Source: an uncultured Bacteroidales bacterium
Lineage (GTDB): Bacteria; Bacteroidota; Bacteroidia; Bacteroidales; WCHB1-69
Direction: 5' to 3'
Assembly (NCBI GenBank): GCA_905233625.1
Contig: CAJOFJ010000011.1
Coordinates: 13,378-77,377 of the forward strand
Length of the DNA stretch: 64,000 bases
Shown here: positions 28,567 through 36,932 of the stretch, one piece after another
Layout: each line of letters starts with the position of its first letter
Numbering within the stretch: position 1 is the first letter of the stretch
Made by a program: the position numbers and the translations under genes
The notes under the pieces: generated by a model
The model's input: the letters and a program-made list of their open reading frames with translations, nothing else
The model's database searches: none
What the model was told of the DNA's origin: nothing

Positions 28567-30105
28567 TCAGTATTCTATAACAAGCTTGTCGCTAGGGATG
28601 GTATCGATGGTGTAGTGTGCGATATGGGGAAGTTTTTTTTCGGGAGTTATGCTTTCTCCGAGAGGAGCTAACATTTCAAAAACAAAGAAAACTGGCAGAC
28701 GGAGCTCGCAGCGCACGGGCTGACCATCCTTCATGGCTGGTTCGCATGCGGGGGCGGCACGGAAAGCGCGGTTAATCTCCGCCATATTGGCCTCTTCAAT
28801 CTGTTGCAATGCACAACGAACGGACTGACTGTCCTCCATGGCTGGTTCATCTTGATCCGATGATAAGGCCTCGCTTAAATCGGCACAGCGCATATCCATG
28901 TTTACTGAATAAGCCACCATCTTGCTCTCTTTCCCATTCAAGGGTTGCCATTTGACATACGCCGTATCCAATTTGGTAATATTAATCTTGCCATCCTTCT
29001 CTACAATGAAACGGATAGTGTAAAAGCCTTGCATCTTATACTTTTTGGAGATTTCTGGATATTGCATGCTATCGAAAAGATTGTCCAAATACTGTTGAAT
29101 ACCGCCAGGAAACTCAGGCATCACATCCGGGTTTTCGCACACTTCCTCATCAGCCGCCACTTCCTCTGGCAAATTGTCTGTTTTCGGATGGCAGTTCACC
29201 AGTAGCAATCCGGTCATAATGGGGATAAGGAGCAGCAACCACCACGCGGATACTTTGTTCTTTACCTTCTGGTTCATCATCTGAATCCGCTTTTTGGTGA
29301 GGAAATGACGGAAACTGTTGCCCACGGGTGCAAACTTGCCCACGCACAACTGCTTGTAGAGCAGCTCTAAATAGTCACGTTTTACAGCACCTTGAGCCAG
29401 CACCTCTTCGTCTGCCAGATACTCATGAACAGACTTCAACTCTCTCAAATACAAATATATGAGAGGATTGAACCACTGCAACACTTTTACGACTTCCAAC
29501 AAGAGCAAATCTACGGTATGGTGCTGACGGATATGCGCACGCTCGTGGCTCAGCACCTGTCGCAACTCACTGTCCGTGAAGACTTCAGGATTGACAAACA
29601 CCGAACGAAGGAACGAAAAGGGGAGATTCCCATCGGGTTCAGCCAATATGCGTACACGCATCTCCCAAGTGGAAAGCGACTCGGACAGGCTGCTGCGACG
29701 ATAATAGCAAAAAGTACGTACCAGTTTGATAATTAATAGAATAAACGTTATCCCACAACCGGTGAGATATACCAATGCCAACAGATCTTTCCAAGTCCAT
29801 GATACTGGCACTGCGACGGAGTTGGGTGGAGTCACAGCTTGCACATTTTCAATTGTAGCCTCTTGGCCCTCAATTTGCAATGCCGGAATTTCATCGGACA
29901 TTTGAATTTGCTGCATGTAAGCACTCACACGGGCAGCTTGGGGAGCTTTGGTCTCGATGGAAACGAAAGGGATGACCATTGCGACCATCAATGTTCCAAC
30001 GAGATAATAACGGCGCAAACGCAGCAGGTTACTCCTGCGCAATGTGGCGACATACAGCCCGAAAAACAGGGCTAGAGCCACGGCTGAAAAAAGTAATGTT
30101 TTCAT
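28567..30105 (-). CDS. BlaR1-like M56 metallopeptidase fused to a TonB C-terminal-like domain
   Basis: HERAHIRQHH (HExxH) follows N-terminal TM segments. C-terminal PEFPGG...YPE region is TonB_C type. Partial internal duplication: EPAMEDSQSVRCAL / EPAMKDGQPVRCEL. Confidence 0.8.
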   Translation of the reverse strand: MKTLLFSAVALALFFGLYVATLRRSNLLRLRRYYLVGTLMVAMVIPFVSIETKAPQAARVSAYMQQIQMSDEIPALQIEGQEATIENVQAVTPPNSVAVPVSWTWKDLLALVYLTGCGITFILLIIKLVRTFCYYRRSSLSESLSTWEMRVRILAEPDGNLPFSFLRSVFVNPEVFTDSELRQVLSHERAHIRQHHTVDLLLLEVVKVLQWFNPLIYLYLRELKSVHEYLADEEVLAQGAVKRDYLELLYKQLCVGKFAPVGNSFRHFLTKKRIQMMNQKVKNKVSAWWLLLLIPIMTGLLLVNCHPKTDNLPEEVAADEEVCENPDVMPEFPGGIQQYLDNLFDSMQYPEISKKYKMQGFYTIRFIVEKDGKINITKLDTAYVKWQPLNGKESKMVAYSVNMDMRCADLSEALSSDQDEPAMEDSQSVRCALQQIEEANMAEINRAFRAAPACEPAMKDGQPVRCELRLPVFFVFEMLAPLGESITPEKKLPHIAHYTIDTIPSDKLVIEY

Positions 30106-30107
30106 GG

Positions 30108-30467
30108 TTATTCGGTTTTGTCAATCATATTACGGATTTCATCCAGCTCCTCTAACGAGATGTCCTTGTTATTGGCGAAAAAGGAAATCATCGACTTGAA
30201 AGAGTTGTCAAAATAATTCTGCACAAAGTTCTGCATGAACGATGCTGAATATTCTTCTTTGCTGATGAGCGGGTAGTAGCGATGGGTTTTCCCGAAGGTC
30301 TCATGGCCTATGAAGCCTTTCTTCTCCAGGATTCGCACAACGGTCAGCACGGTGTTGTAAGCCGGTTTGGGTTCAGGGAAATTGGCGCTCAGGTCAGCGG
30401 CAAATCCTTGTCCGATTTTCCACAGCACCTGCATTACTTGTTCTTCTGCTTTGGTTAGTTCTTTCAT
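30108..30467 (-). CDS. BlaI/MecI/CopY-family transcriptional repressor
   Basis: Winged-helix N-terminus LTKAEEQVMQVLW...YNTVLTVVRILEKKGF. Sits 2 nt upstream of the BlaR1-like gene. Confidence 0.9.
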   Translation of the reverse strand: MKELTKAEEQVMQVLWKIGQGFAADLSANFPEPKPAYNTVLTVVRILEKKGFIGHETFGKTHRYYPLISKEEYSASFMQNFVQNYFDNSFKSMISFFANNKDISLEELDEIRNMIDKTE

Positions 30468-30547
30468 ATTGTATTATGATATTTTTATATTCCCCAGACT
30501 GACGTCTGGGGTTATTAAGATTTCGCCTCTTCGAGGCTTACACTCCA

Positions 30548-30650
30548 AACATTTACTCCCCAACATTCACTTCTATAACATTCACTCAATAACATTCACT
30601 CAATAACATTTACTCAATAACATTTACTCCCCAACATTCACTCATAACAA
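30548..30650. repeat. ~7 tandem copies of a 14-bp unit ACATT(C/T)ACTC(A/C)A(T/C)A
   Basis: Read directly, in the divergent blaI / thpR promoter region. Two GAA/TTC-type hairpins precede it (ccccagac-tgac-gtctgggg; gcctc-ttc-gaggc). Confidence 0.75.
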
Positions 30651-30735
30651 CGCTGCAAAAGTACAATTTATTTTTTAATTATACAACTAAAAAAGTAATT
30701 ATATCGATTTTTTTGTGCTATGCATTTGTTTTTCG

Positions 30736-30743
30736 TATCTTTG
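30736..30743 (+). promoter_or_regulatory. -7 promoter box TAtcTTTG
   Basis: Exact TAnnTTTG match, 9 nt before ATG 30752 (very short leader). Confidence 0.35.
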
Positions 30744-30751
30744 CAAGCATT

Positions 30752-31312
30752 ATGAAACGCCTCTTTATCGCCACAAAAATCGAACTGAACGAGCAATATA
30801 TGAGCATGTTGCGGCAGTTGCAACGACAACTGTCGGGCGACAGGATCGTGTGGGTGGACAGCCAGCTGCAACATTTGACCCTGCGCTTTTTAGGACAAAC
30901 ACCGGATAGTCAAATCCCGAAATTGAAGAAAGCGATGAACGAGGTGGCTAACCAAACGCAGGCTTTCACCCTCAACATGGACAAGTTGGGTATCTTCGGC
31001 AGCAAATACGCCCCCTCCGTTATTTGGCTGGGTTTTTCAGAGTTTGAAGCTTATAAAATGCTGTTTGAAAACATGGAAGAACGTATCCTTGATCTTGGTT
31101 TCGAACCCAACCACGGCAACCTTGTGCCCCATATCACCTTGGGGCGCATCAAGGAGACTCAGAGCAAGAAATATTTCTGGCAGGTCATCGAGAAAAACAA
31201 ACCCGATTTCACACAGTCATTCCCTATCACAGAAATCACATTATACCAAAGCCGACTGCAACCGACAGGGCCTATTTACACACCGTTGCACATAGCCATT
31301 TTAAAACAGTAG
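30752..31312 (+). CDS. thpR: RNA 2',3'-cyclic phosphodiesterase (2H phosphoesterase, LigT/ThpR)
   Basis: Two H-x-T-x motifs: HLTLRFLG and HITLGR. Confidence 0.8.
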   Translation: MKRLFIATKIELNEQYMSMLRQLQRQLSGDRIVWVDSQLQHLTLRFLGQTPDSQIPKLKKAMNEVANQTQAFTLNMDKLGIFGSKYAPSVIWLGFSEFEAYKMLFENMEERILDLGFEPNHGNLVPHITLGRIKETQSKKYFWQVIEKNKPDFTQSFPITEITLYQSRLQPTGPIYTPLHIAILKQ

Positions 31313-31390
31313 AGACGCGATAAATCGTGTCTCTACAGAAATTCCGTGTAGCCCTTTTTCTTGTAGAGACGCGCCACGGCACGTCTCTAC
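31309..31390. terminator. Twin GTAGAGAC(G)-stem hairpins between convergent genes
   Basis: GTAGAGAC-gcgataaatcgt-GTCTCTAC (31309-31336) and GTAGAGACG-cgccacggca-CGTCTCTAC (31363-31390). Confidence 0.55.
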
Positions 31391-31409
31391 AAGTATCAAG
31401 GCTTAACTA

Positions 31410-32642
31410 TTATTTCATTGCCTCTACCGCGGCTTTGATACGGCGGCAGGCTTCTTTCAGATTGGCTTCCGAGGTGGCGTAAGACAGACGGATACAGTTG
31501 TCGTCACCGAAGGCAGAACCCTGCACTAACGCTACATTGGCATCGTACAGCAAGTACATGCATAAGTCGGTTGAGTTCTCAATAGCCGTTTTCTTATAAG
31601 TGGCTGCGAACTGGGAGTCTGCGGGCACGTGCTTGCCGTACAGTGCTGATACGTCGGGGAAGAAATAGAAAGCACCCTGCGGCATACGCTGTTTGAAACC
31701 AGGAATTTCATTCAACAGGGCAAATACCATGTCGCGGCGGGCCTTGAAAGTGTTGCGCATGTCAATGATATCCTTGGAAGTGGTTGGATCCATCTCCATG
31801 GCCTTGAGAGTGGCACGCTGGGCGATAGAGCAAGTGGCTGAAGTTACCTGACCCTGCAGCTTCTTGCAAGCCTTGGCAATTTTCAACGGAGCACCAATGA
31901 AACCGATACGCCAACCGGTCATGGCAAAGCCCTTGGCCACACCATTAACCGTTACCACTTGGTCTTTGACAAAGTCAAATTGGGCGATACTCTCGTGTTT
32001 GCCCTGGAAATTGATGTGCTCGTAAATTTCGTCAGACATGACCACCACCTGTGGATGCTCTTTCACCACCTCGGCCAAACTGCGCAATTCTTCTTTGCTG
32101 TACAGCATACCTGTCGGGTTGGAGGGACTGCTGAACATGATGAGTTTGGTCTTGGGGGTGATAGCTTCTCTTAACTGCTCAGCAGTGATTTTGAAATCGT
32201 TTTCCAGCTTGGCGGGAATGAACACACATTTGCCTCCGGCCACCTTGGCAATTTCGCGATAGGACACCCAGTAAGGGGTGGGGATAATCACCTCATCGCC
32301 AGGGTTCACCAAAGCCATTACCACCTGGTAGATGGACTGCTTGCCACCGGTTGACACCACAATCTGGTTGGTATCGTAATCCAAGTTGTTATCTCTTTTG
32401 AATTTGTGGCTGATAGCCTTCAGTAAATCTGCATAACCTGGAACTGGCGGATAGTGAGTGTAGTTGTCGTCGATGGCCTGTTTGGCAAATTCCTTCACAC
32501 ATTCCGGAGTGTTGAAGTCGGGTTCGCCAATACTCAAGCTGATAATGTCTTTGCCCTGTTCTTTCAGTTCGCGGGCAATCTGGGTCATCGCTAAGGTTTC
32601 CGATTCACCCATCGCTAAAATTCTGTCTGATAAAATTTCCAT
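31410..32642 (-). CDS. Class I/II PLP aminotransferase (aspartate aminotransferase-like)
   Basis: SPSNPTG, and NGVAKGFAMTGWRIG (PLP-lysine region). Confidence 0.9.
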   Translation of the reverse strand: MEILSDRILAMGESETLAMTQIARELKEQGKDIISLSIGEPDFNTPECVKEFAKQAIDDNYTHYPPVPGYADLLKAISHKFKRDNNLDYDTNQIVVSTGGKQSIYQVVMALVNPGDEVIIPTPYWVSYREIAKVAGGKCVFIPAKLENDFKITAEQLREAITPKTKLIMFSSPSNPTGMLYSKEELRSLAEVVKEHPQVVVMSDEIYEHINFQGKHESIAQFDFVKDQVVTVNGVAKGFAMTGWRIGFIGAPLKIAKACKKLQGQVTSATCSIAQRATLKAMEMDPTTSKDIIDMRNTFKARRDMVFALLNEIPGFKQRMPQGAFYFFPDVSALYGKHVPADSQFAATYKKTAIENSTDLCMYLLYDANVALVQGSAFGDDNCIRLSYATSEANLKEACRRIKAAVEAMK

Positions 32643-32729
32643 AGTGTTGTTGTTTATTTTGTTTTTGTTGTTGTTTTCAGAGGATTGAGTATAAAGAGTT
32701 TAAGGTCTTTAAGGACTTTATAGTAATTG

Positions 32730-33386
32730 TCAATTATCAACTATCAACTTTATTAGTTCTGTCGGTTGGGCTATAATGTATTCTGCTTGGTGTTCGGTCA
32801 GCTCCTGGCGGTCGCGGTAGCCCCAAAGCGCTCCCACTGCTTTTATACCTGCACGATGCGCCGTATCCATATCTACACCGGTGTCTCCCACATACAGGCA
32901 CTCTTCAGCGCTCACCTTCGTCATCTCCAGAATGTCAAACACAATCTGCGGGTGAGGTTTTACGGGAATGCCCTCTCTTTGGCCCAACACCGCTGTGAAT
33001 TTGATGGTCGGGAAATAATGCTCCATCAAGGGCATCATCGCCTTGTTCACTTTGTTAGACGCCACCGCCAACATCACACCCTCCCTTTGCAATACTTCCA
33101 AAGTTTCCACTATGCCACAATATGGCATAGTCTTGTCCGCTTTATGAATATCATAATAGGCCACCATCTCTTGAAATACCTTCTCCACAAAGTCCTTCTG
33201 CCTTTTATCCTCCGGCAAAATGCGCTCCACCAATTTATGGATGCCATCCCCGACAAAATAGCGGTAACTGTCCAACGGATGCTCTGGAAAGCCATATTCC
33301 CGCATCAAATAATTACAGGAATCTGCCAAATCCTCCAACGAATTGAGCAAAGTGCCATCCAAATCAAAAATCACCAGCTTTATCAT
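32730..33386 (-). CDS. HAD-family hydrolase (phosphoglycolate phosphatase-like)
   Basis: The DLDGTL motif I, SNK motif, and GDTGVDMDTA motif IV. Confidence 0.85.
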   Translation of the reverse strand: MIKLVIFDLDGTLLNSLEDLADSCNYLMREYGFPEHPLDSYRYFVGDGIHKLVERILPEDKRQKDFVEKVFQEMVAYYDIHKADKTMPYCGIVETLEVLQREGVMLAVASNKVNKAMMPLMEHYFPTIKFTAVLGQREGIPVKPHPQIVFDILEMTKVSAEECLYVGDTGVDMDTAHRAGIKAVGALWGYRDRQELTEHQAEYIIAQPTELIKLIVDN

Positions 33387-33931
33387 ATTGAGAAGGGAGT
33401 ATCGAAATCTTTAAACCGGACACCTACCAAATCTTTTTCGGAGATCACCGACGGATCCGTCTTCCAATCAATATTCAAATCAGGATCATTGAATAAAATG
33501 GAGGCTTCGGAAGCTTTGTTATAAAACGCTCCGCACTTGTATGCGAAAATCGTATCATCCTCAAGTGCCACAAAACCATGGGCGAAGCCTGTGGGAATAT
33601 AAAATTGCATGAAATTCTTATCGCTCAATTCCACCGCATAGTGCTGACCGTAAGTCGGACTGCCTTTACGAATATCCACCGCCACATCTAATACACACCC
33701 TTTAATGACACGTACCAATTTCGACTGCGCGTACGGCGGACATTGGAAATGCAATCCGCGAATCACGCCTCTTTTGGAAAACGATTGGTTGTCCTGCACA
33801 AACACATCCGTAATTCCTGCTTCTCTGAAGCGTTTTTCATTGTAATTTTCAAAAAAATAGCCTCGCTCGTCGTAATACACATCGGGTTTGACGAGTATCA
33901 ATCCTTCAATTTCAGTTTTTATGATTTCCAT
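33383..33931 (-). CDS. rfbC: dTDP-4-dehydrorhamnose 3,5-epimerase
   Basis: DERGYFFE, RGLHFQ and AHGF motifs. 4-nt overlap with the HAD gene. Confidence 0.9.
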   Translation of the reverse strand: MEIIKTEIEGLILVKPDVYYDERGYFFENYNEKRFREAGITDVFVQDNQSFSKRGVIRGLHFQCPPYAQSKLVRVIKGCVLDVAVDIRKGSPTYGQHYAVELSDKNFMQFYIPTGFAHGFVALEDDTIFAYKCGAFYNKASEASILFNDPDLNIDWKTDPSVISEKDLVGVRFKDFDTPFSI

Positions 33932-33940
33932 GTTATTATA

Positions 33941-34022
33941 GGTTATAGGAGTTAGTGAATAGGGATAAGTAGTTGGTAGTTTTCCAGTTCTTAGTTCTTA
34001 GTTTTTAATTCTTAGTTCTAAA
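33941..34022. repeat. Heptamer word arrays (TTATAGG-type, then AGTTCTT-type)
   Basis: ccagttcttagttcttagtttttaattcttagttctaaa shares the AGTTCTT word with 19553-19579 and, in reverse complement, with 3310-3332. Confidence 0.7.
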
Positions 34023-34023
34023 T

Positions 34024-35811
34024 TTAGTCTTCTGAATCTGCTGCAATGAAATCACGGTACAGGTTCAACACTTTGGCTTTGGAAAGGAAGCCAATATAGT
34101 CCCTTTCCTGTGTAATTACCGGCATATTAAAGTTTTGTGTCCGGTTGAATTTCTCCAGCATCTCCTCGCCGCTATCGGTATCGTATATGAATTCCTCTGG
34201 CTCTATCATCAATTCATCCACCAGCACTTTGTCATACAACTCTTGATTGAAAATCTTGTCACGGTGGTCGTCCATGACTAACAAACCGGCGAATTTCTGA
34301 TTGTCATCCAACACCACAAAGAGATTTCTCTTGCTTTGGGCGATATAATGGGTGTATTCCCTCAAGGTGCTGTGCAAGGGTAACGTAGTGATATTATGAT
34401 CGATAATTCTGCCCCAGTTGATTTTTTTCAAGGCGAATTTGTCTTTATTGTGCGTTTTCAGATGTCCTTTTTCCGCCAACTGACGGGTATAAACCGAATA
34501 TTTCTCAATGGGTGATACACAAAGGTAGGAAATCAGTGAGGTAATCATCAGCGGAATCAATAATGAATAACCAGCTGATATTTCAGCAATTAGAAAGATA
34601 GAAGTCAGCGGAGCAAGCATCACGCCAGACATCACACCCGCCATGCCTGCCAGCACAAAGTTGATATGCGGCAAGTTAAAGCCCAAGTAATAATTGGCGA
34701 TTTCCGCCACCAAATAGCCCGTGAACGCACCTACAAACAGCGTGGGAGCAAACACACCACCGATACCACCGGCAGAGGTAGTCACTGCTGTGGCGATAAC
34801 TTTCAGGAAGATAATGAGTATCAGGAAAATAATCAACATCCAGTGCTGCTGCGAAAGCAAGAACAGGGGGGATCTTTCAAACAATTCCATCACATCTCCC
34901 TTCAACAAGGCGTTGATGCTTTCGTAACCTTCACCGAAAAGCACCGGTAAAAGCAAAATCAAGGCTCCCAAGGCTACACCGCCAATGACAATTTTGAGCT
35001 GTATCCACTTGATTTTCTGGAAGGTTCTTTCAATAAACCTCAGCAATCTCAGGAAATAGATGGAGATAAAACCTGTAAGTATGCCTAAAATGATATAAAA
35101 CGGAATATTCTTCAGGAAGAATGACTGGGTGCTGGCAATGTCGAAGGTCAAAGTGTCTCCCAAGAACAGCAGAGACAAAACCGTACCTGTAGCCGCTGAA
35201 ATCAGCAGAGGGAGCAGAGCGGCGCTGGTCAGGTCGAGCATCAGCACCTCGATGGCGAAAACAATGGCCATGATGGGAGCCTTGAAGATGGCCGCGACCG
35301 CCGCCGTTGAACCACATGCCAGCAGTAAGGTAGTGGACTTGGCGTTGAGATTGAACAATCGCGCCAGATTGGAGCCGATGGCCGAGCCGGTCAACACCAT
35401 CGGGGCTTCCAGTCCCACCGAACCGCCAAAACCGACCGTCAGCGTACTGGCCACCATCGACGAGTACATGTTGTGACGCCTGAGTTTGCCCTCGCTTTTG
35501 AAAATGGATTTCAGCACAATGGATACGCCATGTCCGATATGGTCCTTGATGATTCTTCGTGTATAGATAACCGTCAGCACAATACCGATAATGGGGAACG
35601 CCAAATAGTAGTAGTTGACCTGCGCATTGGGGAAGGTATTGTTCAGAAAAGACACCGTCAAATGCATCAGGTTTTTAACAATGATAGCTGCTGTAGCCCC
35701 GAAAATACCGACAAAAAAACTCAGCACCAATATAGTAGCCGGTATGCCCAACTTCTGTTTCATCCATCTTCTGCAATAGGCAAAAATCGATGCTGTGATT
35801 TTGTTTTTCAT
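34024..35811 (-). CDS. ClC-family voltage-gated chloride channel / antiporter with C-terminal CBS domains
   Basis: GLEAP (gating-Glu motif) and GGVFAP motifs, ~10 TM segments, and a C-terminal CBS-pair-like region. ATG at 35811 chosen to avoid overlapping the upstream gene. Confidence 0.85.
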   Translation of the reverse strand: MKNKITASIFAYCRRWMKQKLGIPATILVLSFFVGIFGATAAIIVKNLMHLTVSFLNNTFPNAQVNYYYLAFPIIGIVLTVIYTRRIIKDHIGHGVSIVLKSIFKSEGKLRRHNMYSSMVASTLTVGFGGSVGLEAPMVLTGSAIGSNLARLFNLNAKSTTLLLACGSTAAVAAIFKAPIMAIVFAIEVLMLDLTSAALLPLLISAATGTVLSLLFLGDTLTFDIASTQSFFLKNIPFYIILGILTGFISIYFLRLLRFIERTFQKIKWIQLKIVIGGVALGALILLLPVLFGEGYESINALLKGDVMELFERSPLFLLSQQHWMLIIFLILIIFLKVIATAVTTSAGGIGGVFAPTLFVGAFTGYLVAEIANYYLGFNLPHINFVLAGMAGVMSGVMLAPLTSIFLIAEISAGYSLLIPLMITSLISYLCVSPIEKYSVYTRQLAEKGHLKTHNKDKFALKKINWGRIIDHNITTLPLHSTLREYTHYIAQSKRNLFVVLDDNQKFAGLLVMDDHRDKIFNQELYDKVLVDELMIEPEEFIYDTDSGEEMLEKFNRTQNFNMPVITQERDYIGFLSKAKVLNLYRDFIAADSED

Positions 35812-35845
35812 CAGTATTCCGTTAGTTTTTTCAGTTTGAAAATGA

Positions 35846-36616
35846 TTAATAGTGAATCTCCACCTTGTCGCCAATATGCAAATCCGCCAACACCGCGATG
35901 CGGCTGTTGTTAAGCGCTACTTCCATGTAACCCAGTCTGTTACTCAACACATACACTTCCTCTTCCTTGGGGTTGTAGAATTCCTGGAAATGGGTGATGG
36001 TGATGTGTTTGGTGGAAGAAAGCATAAGAGAGAAATTGCCTTTTTTCACCGCATCCTTGAACATTTTCACCGGAATATCTGTCACGGCGTTGCAACAAGT
36101 GTCAATATAAGCCACATGGCCAGTAATAATACGGTTTACCGTGTCGTGTTCTGGCTCATATTTAATTTTCCGGATAAAGGTATCGTATGGTAAAGTATTG
36201 TCTTTAAGATTGTTGGAAAAATGCAACTGGGCCATGCTGACAAATTTATCCAGGACTGTGGTTTTCTCGTCAGATAAATTCAGTGTGACAGCCTTCACAT
36301 TGGGGTCATCGCCAAACATCAAAGAAAATATGCCGTTGTCCTCGCCAATGAAGTAATGCCCATCATATTCCACCATCACGGGCATGGCGGTATGCGACAG
36401 GGTGATGCCCGTCAAAATAAAATGAAGAGTATGCTCTGGAAATGACTTGTAACTGCTTTTCAGGATGAAAGCGGTTTGCTCAATACTGAATGCGTCGATG
36501 GCATGCGTGATGTCAATGATGTTGGCATCGGGAATAGCCTTCCATAACTGCCCTTTCAGCATGGCCACGTAAGGGTCCCGCAGTTTCCAATCACTGATTA
36601 AAGTAATGTTTTTCAT
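35846..36616 (-). CDS. DUF62-family SAM hydrolase (SAM hydroxide adenosyltransferase / halogenase family)
   Basis: N-terminus ITLISDWKLRDPYVAMLKGQL matches the TDFG..D.YV..MKG signature of the family. ~256 aa. Confidence 0.75.
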   Translation of the reverse strand: MKNITLISDWKLRDPYVAMLKGQLWKAIPDANIIDITHAIDAFSIEQTAFILKSSYKSFPEHTLHFILTGITLSHTAMPVMVEYDGHYFIGEDNGIFSLMFGDDPNVKAVTLNLSDEKTTVLDKFVSMAQLHFSNNLKDNTLPYDTFIRKIKYEPEHDTVNRIITGHVAYIDTCCNAVTDIPVKMFKDAVKKGNFSLMLSSTKHITITHFQEFYNPKEEEVYVLSNRLGYMEVALNNSRIAVLADLHIGDKVEIHY

Positions 36617-36790
36617 TGTCTTATACAATAGATTCCAACAAATTACACTAATCTGCAAAGTTAGTACTTTTTTTTGAATTATCGATATTTTTTTATCCTA
36701 ATTTTATTTGGAGTTTGTTATAGGTAAAATGTGATGAGCGATGGGCTTTCCGCGATGAGCATTTTTGTTACAAAATTAAAATTACACAGC

Positions 36791-36858
36791 CTATTGCTCA
36801 CAGCTCACAGCTCACAGCTCATAGCTCATAGCCCATAGCTCATAGCCCATTGCTATTG
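36791..36858. repeat. Heptamer array CTCACAG x3 / CTCATAG / CCCATAG
   Basis: Reverse complement of the GCTGTGAG / GCTATGAG words seen at 3270 and 18297. A partial inverted partner, gtgatgagcgatgggc, is at 36731-36760. Confidence 0.75.
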
Positions 36859-36900
36859 TCAAAATACATTAACTAATTTGCTAATTTGCCAATTAAATAG

Positions 36901-36908
36901 TATTTTTG
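36901..36908 (+). promoter_or_regulatory. -7 promoter box TAttTTTG
   Basis: Exact TAnnTTTG match, 25 nt before ATG 36933. Confidence 0.4.
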
Positions 36909-36932
36909 CGCCTTGAATTTAATGGATATTTG

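Noticed and set aside
35812-35874. Longer ClC start (ATG 35874), and longer starts for the DUF62 gene (36658), the SDR gene (TTG 36906), the DUF2007 gene (5150) and the PIN-like gene (60649).
   Set aside because: The longer versions overlap upstream genes or promoter boxes and add non-conserved, odd-composition N-termini. The internal ATGs give family-typical N-termini.
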